From Octopus bimaculoides (lineage: Eukaryota): a stretch of DNA of 41,359 nucleotides. The notes under the pieces were generated by a model, which saw nothing but the letters and a program-made list of their open reading frames with translations, was not told where the DNA came from and made no database searches. Position numbers and translations under genes: made by a program. Shown here piece by piece: positions 36,062-41,359 of this stretch (its first letter is position 1; every line of letters starts with the position of its first letter). The stretch lies in NCBI RefSeq assembly GCF_001194135.2, contig NC_068985.1:118961503-119002861 (forward strand). Direction: 5' to 3'.

Positions 36062-36488
36062 GGGACTGTATTGTCCCCATTGCATCTTTATATTTTGGGC
36101 AATAGAGGAGGGTGGGTGATTTGGCTGCTATTTTTAGCAAGTCCAGACACCGTGTAGCCAAAAAGAAACCCAGCTCTCTTATCCTTCGACTGTCACCCAC
36201 TTTTTTGGTGATGTTATTGTCATTCAAATGTATCTTAAATTTTTTAGGCAATTGATACGGGAGATTTGATGGCGATTTAGCCGCTATTTCTAGCAGGTCC
36301 AGACTCCGCGTCGAAAACCCCGCCAGCTAGCTCCGTTACCCGACGACTAACATCCTTTTTTTCTTTGTCTTTCTTTCGTGGACTGTATTGTCGCCCCCAT
36401 GTATCCTTCCTTGTTTTTTTAAACAGTAGGATAGTGTAATTTAAGAGCGATTTGGCTGCTATTTCTAGCAGGTCTAGACACCGCGTAA
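36062..36488. repeat. Three copies of a 40-bp motif GATTTGGCTGCTATTTCTAGCAGGTCxAGACACCGCGTA plus a duplicated GGACTGTATTGTC block
   Basis: Copies at 36118-36157, 36274-36312 and 36449-36488; shorter versions at 9184-9206 (+) and about 24240-24262 (-). Confidence 0.75.
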
Positions 36489-36599
36489 TAAAAATACCAG
36501 CAAAACAAACCAGTTCCCTTCTATCGGCTGGTCTTAATATTGATGTTACTGTTGTCATCGTTGTCATGTCGGCTAAAGAAACCATTGTTCCATCAAATG

Positions 36600-36635
36600 T
36601 TACTCAGCTGCAACAAACACGTCCACCACCACCAT

Positions 36636-36667
<32 letters not shown>

Positions 36668-37182
36668 CAACACCGTCACTACAACTAATATCACTACCAC
36701 CACTACCACCATCATTACCTCCAGTACGAGCCACCACCACCACCACCATAACCACTATCGCGACCACTACCATCTCTACGACGACCATCCCCACCTCAAG
36801 CGTCACAACCATTACTACCACCTCGTCGTTAAGAATTTGTATTTAAAGAAAAATATTCTATTCGTAGTTTTTCTGAGTCGATTTTGATTTTTAGTTTTTT
36901 GTTTTTTTTATATGATGCTGTATGTGTAGGCGTGGAGAGAGAGAGGAGAGGGGGGCGAAAACATATTTTTGTTCTTTTATTATTTTGTTTTTGTTATATT
37001 TCTTATTTTGTCATCGCTTTCTTTGTATTTTGTATTTTTTTTAATTTCTATTTTTTCCTTTCCTTTCCATTTATTAAAATGGGAGATTGAGGAGTCTTCC
37101 TTCATCCGTGAAGCTGATGGAAACGGCATTCTATCATTATCATCGTTCACGGGCCGTTAAAGAAAAACGCATAGCGCGCTCG

Positions 37183-37217
<35 letters not shown>

Positions 37218-37295
37218 GCGCACACACACACATACACACACACGCGTACACAGAGAAAACACGCACATCTATCTATCTATCTACATATCTATCTA

Positions 37296-37354
<59 letters not shown>

Positions 37355-37489
37355 GGCTGTCTGCTAGTCTATCTCTCTGTCAGGTTGTCTGTCTGTCCTC
37401 CCTCCATCTCTCTCTCTCTCTATCTAACTTGCATGTCCGCGAGTTTGCATGTCCATAGAAGTAGTAGTAGTAGTAGTAACTGCAGTAGT

Positions 37490-37526
<37 letters not shown>

Positions 37527-37709
37527 ACATCATCGTCATCGGCAGCAGCCAGCCAGCTTGAAATCCTCCGGCATCCTTGGGCTTAGGATGGGTAAATGAG
37601 AGAGCTGGAACTATGCCTCTTGATACGCAAGTGTATGTGTACATAAGGAGTGGTGAATACACTCATGCAAATACATAAACATGTTATCCCTCTCTCCCCC
37701 TCCCTCCCC

Positions 37710-37749
<40 letters not shown>

Positions 37750-37845
37750 CTAATAGTGCAAATGGCTGAGTGTGCACGTGTGTGGATATACATATGTGTG
37801 TGTTCATGTGCATCTGAGTATACGTGTGTGCATGATCAGCATCCA

Positions 37846-37887
<42 letters not shown>

Positions 37888-38129
37888 CAAACACGCCCTC
37901 GCACGCGCACGCACGCACGCACGCACGCACGCACAGATATGTTGTCGGTTTATATATCTCATTCTCGTGCAGGGTACATAACGTATGTCTGACCAAGCAT
38001 GCGTATAAATAGCAATATGTATTCATGGATATATGCAATGACACTTCTATACACACATAGGTATGTCTGTTGTGTGTGTGTGTGAGTGTGAGTGTACAGA
38101 CAGACAGACAGACAGGCAGACAGACAGAC

Positions 38130-38173
<44 letters not shown>

Positions 38174-38309
38174 GCATTATTCACGGAATGCAGGAAACAC
38201 GAGCTATGTTTACGAATGTTTAGTAGTAAAGCAAGCAGAGACTGGCTGCTCTCTCTCTATTTCATATCTCCATTTCTCCTTCCTCTGTCTCTCTTGCACT
38301 TTGTGCGTG

Positions 38310-38342
<33 letters not shown>

Positions 38343-38706
38343 TTGTGTGTGTGTGTACACACACACACACACACACACATTTATTGTTCATTTCAGTTTG
38401 AGAGCCATGGGAATGTTGAGGCACCACCATTTTAACAGAAATAGTAACCTGGGGAATCCGGATATCGATCCCGCTGTTTCTCGTTGGCTAAGCAACAACT
38501 GTACCGGTTGAGCCAATGTATATGTTTGTGCGCATGTATGTACGTGTGTGTGCGCGTGCGCCTCAATGTGTACTTTTGCAGTCGGATAAATAGTTATCAA
38601 CAAAATATATACCATATAAAAGTAAATCGATATCATGCACTAAACACTTGATGGCGATGCCCGCAGATCCACGACTAAAGCCAGTGAATATATATATATA
38701 TGTATA

Positions 38707-38755
<49 letters not shown>
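36600..38755. repeat. Dense simple-repeat zone: cryptic CAC/CAA/TAC, (CA)n, (TATC)n, (TAG)n, (CAT)n, (CT)n, (GCAC)n, (GACA)n, (GATA)n, (GT)n, (AAT)n with short unique spacers
   Basis: Direct reading; explains the poly-H/T/I and YLSI-type ORFs in the track. Confidence 0.95.
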
Positions 38756-39612
38756 GGGATAAAATCCAAAATTACAGGTAAAATCGCAATTAAAATCATA
38801 TATNNNNNNNNNNNNNNNNNNNNNNNNNNNNNNNNNNNNNNNNNNNNNNNNNNNNNNNNNNNNNNNNNNNNNNNNNNNNNNNNNNNNNNNNNNNNNNNNN
38901 NNNNNNNNNNNNNNNNNNNNNNNNNNNNNNNNNNNNNNNNNNNNNNNNNNNNNNNNNNNNNNNNNNNNNNNNNNNNNNNNNNNNNNNNNNNNNNNNNNNN
39001 NNNNNNNNNNNNNNNNNNNNNNNNNNNNNNNNNNNNNNNNNNNNNNNNNNNNNNNNNNNNNNNNNNNNNNNNNNNNNNNNNNNNNNNNNNNNNNNNNNNN
39101 NNNNGTCGTACTCTGACTCGTCGTGGTATTTTAAAGGTGAACTTTATGAAGGCTAATTTATTAAAGGTAATATATAAACGTAGTATATATGTATATAAAT
39201 ATATGAATGAAGTGTTTAATGTTTAAGAATGAAATGAAGAAAGTGTAATAATAACGTTCACACTCACTGATGGTCGCTCTCAGTAACTGCCTTTAGCTTA
39301 CTGGTCGCTTTCAGTAACTGCCTTGTTTTTATAACTATCGAAAAGCAGCTAGAAAGATAGACATATTGTTGAGAACAAATGATTTCGATGGAGATCGGTT
39401 ATCTCCATTCCAGCCCCTAGTGGCCTCGAAGAAGTTAGAAGGGTCAAGTGGCAAAGACATTATTCTGCTTAGCGAAGGCATCTGGGAAATGTATAACTGC
39501 TGTCATTCACAGAAAAATTATTGCCTTATCGTGAGAAAAGCGCTATTGAAGTGTTAAGTGAAACTTGGCAATTGAGGATCGAATCCATGCTATGCCTGCA
39601 TGAAGCTACTAC

Positions 39613-40719
39613 AAATACGTTGTGGAATAAAAAAATTTATCTACTGTCATGGAAAAAATGTGACTATAAAAATGCAGAATTATTGGAGTAATGGGCATTC
39701 AAAAAAGTATGTAGGTATAGAAATGTATGATTGAAGTCTTTAAGGTTTAAGATTCAAATCAAGGAAGTGCAATAATAATGTTTAGCAGTTCAAAACTGTG
39801 AGTAGTGAAATGCAAAATTAAGTCGGCTGATCGTGAGAATCAAATATTTATCGCTTCGCTAAAAAGTGTAGGTGGTATGAGTTATTTCCCTTGGGTTGTT
39901 TAAATAAAATATTAGTAATATGTAGTAGATAGAAGGATCCATTGGAGGGGCCCTATTATCGATATTTTTCAACAATCGAAGTATATCACGAGGTTTCCAG
40001 ACATGACTTCTACTCACGTGTCAAATAAAGTATAAAAGTGATATTGTCTGCAAGAATTAGAAATTGGACGCACAAAAAATCAATATTCAAAGTAATCGAA
40101 CAAGGAACATAAATAATGAAACCTGTAAAATATTTCTTAATTCGATGGCTCAGTTAGTGTCAAGAAAACATTGTATGAACTGTAAATAAGCAATAAATAT
40201 TACCATTTGTAAAATAAGTAGAAGTGATACAGGATGTCCCAACTGAATGTGGTGTGGAATTTTGGTTTCATTTCTTAAAGAATTTTAAGCATTCAAAGTA
40301 TGAGTTCATTGTATTGGGATACACTTATTTAAATACTTTCTGGAATCGAAAAATTATGTAATGTCATGGAAAAAATTTAACTGGAAAAATGCAGAATTAC
40401 CTGAGTTATGGGCATTGAAAGTGTAAATGCATCAAGAAAGTGCAATAATAAGGTATAGCAGTTGAAAACTGTGAGCAGTGAAATGCAGAATTAGGTCTGC
40501 TGATCGTGAGAATCAAATATTGATCACTTCGATAAAAACTAACAACTGTAAATGCAGGTGCTATGGGTTATTTCCCTTGAGTGTTTAGAAATACCGTGCA
40601 GGTGCTACGAGTTATATGAGATAGATATAAGATCCCTTCCAGGGGCCATATTATCGATTCTTTTCAACAATCTAAGTATGTCACGAGCTTCTCAGACATG
40701 AGTTCTACTCATGTGTCAA
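39613..40719. repeat. Diverged direct repeat of about 400 bp (39613-40024 and 40331-40719)
   Basis: Colinear shared blocks TGTCATGGAAAAAAT, AAAATGCAGAATTA, AAGTGCAATAATAA, GCTGATCGTGAGAATCAAATATT, GTTATTTCCCTTG, TATTATCGAT, TTTCAACAATC and CAGACATGAxTTCTACTCAxGTGTCAA. Confidence 0.8.
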
Positions 40720-40830
40720 GTTTCATCAAAATCAATAAACGATGTAAGAGGATTTAGCTAACAACGCCACAAACAAACACATATTGATTTTTCCACATAT
40801 GTAGTATATGTGTGTGTGTGTGTGTGTATA

Positions 40831-41359
40831 CAGTAATACCTCACTTTACGAGGACCCGCTTTACGAAACCTTGTGTTAACGAATTTTATTTTTCAAGCTC
40901 AAGATACAAATTTTGAACGACGTGCAAGAGTTTCTACTAGCATAACAAATGCTTCTGCATATTACCGTGAAATTTATAGAGAGCGAAAAAAAAAAACTTC
41001 TAAACAAACAACTCTAGACTTGCTTTTTAAAAAGAAATCTACAAGTCCGTCTACGAGTGCAAGTGAATCGGCGATCGCGTTTACAAGTGATGGTGTGCAC
41101 GAGTCTAGTGCAAGTGAAAGCGATTCAGAAAACGATTACAATAATATTTTTTATGATAAAGGATCTTCACATTCCTTTTACTTTACATTCTACTGTTATT
41201 TCATTGCCATTTATTTATGAGGATTACCAATTTTATAGGTAAAATGTTTTTTTTCTGGGAACGAATTACGATTTCTAACATTGCTACAGTGGGAAATTAT
41301 AACTCTGCTTTACTAGTTTTACTTTACGAGCGGTCTCCGGGAACAAAATTAACTCGTAT
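40831..41359 (+). mobile_element. Tigger/pogo-like (Tc1-mariner) non-autonomous element retaining the transposase C-terminal tail; right TIR continues past the window end
   Basis: TA + CAGTAATACCTCACTTTACGAG left end; repeated TTTACGA subterminal motifs; peptide SAYYREIYRERKKKTSKQTTLDLLFKK typical of Tigger transposase ends; the window ends at CTCGTA, the start of the right TIR. Confidence 0.75.

Overview
AT-rich, microsatellite-laden animal genomic DNA with seven N-gaps. The SINE/LINE repertoire suggests a coleoid cephalopod, most likely Octopus; this is inferred from recalled repeat families, not a database search. The only host protein-coding sequence I can support is one large minus-strand coding exon of FBXL16 (F-box/LRR protein 16; ATG at 31105, phase-2 donor at 29910). 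I could not find its remaining exons, so 1-29.9 kb is probably one long intron. That stretch is CpG-poor and packed with retroelement debris: a decayed Tx1/L1-like LINE with ORF1 and the 5' half of ORF2, an abutting R4/Dong-like (RLE-type) relic, several RTE LINE fragments, about 30 tRNA-derived SINE copies (some in head-to-tail chains, one nested with an 11-bp TSD) and MITEs. Right of about 28 kb the DNA keeps its CpGs and lacks the common SINEs. It holds the FBXL16 exon with a cluster of same-frame uORFs, simple repeats, a diverged 400-bp direct repeat and a Tigger/pogo-like element. Almost all other ORF-track entries are microsatellite or gap artefacts. I see no convincing novel multi-gene system. 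The most interesting signals are the uORF cluster, the CpG/TE-density boundary and the transposon architectures.
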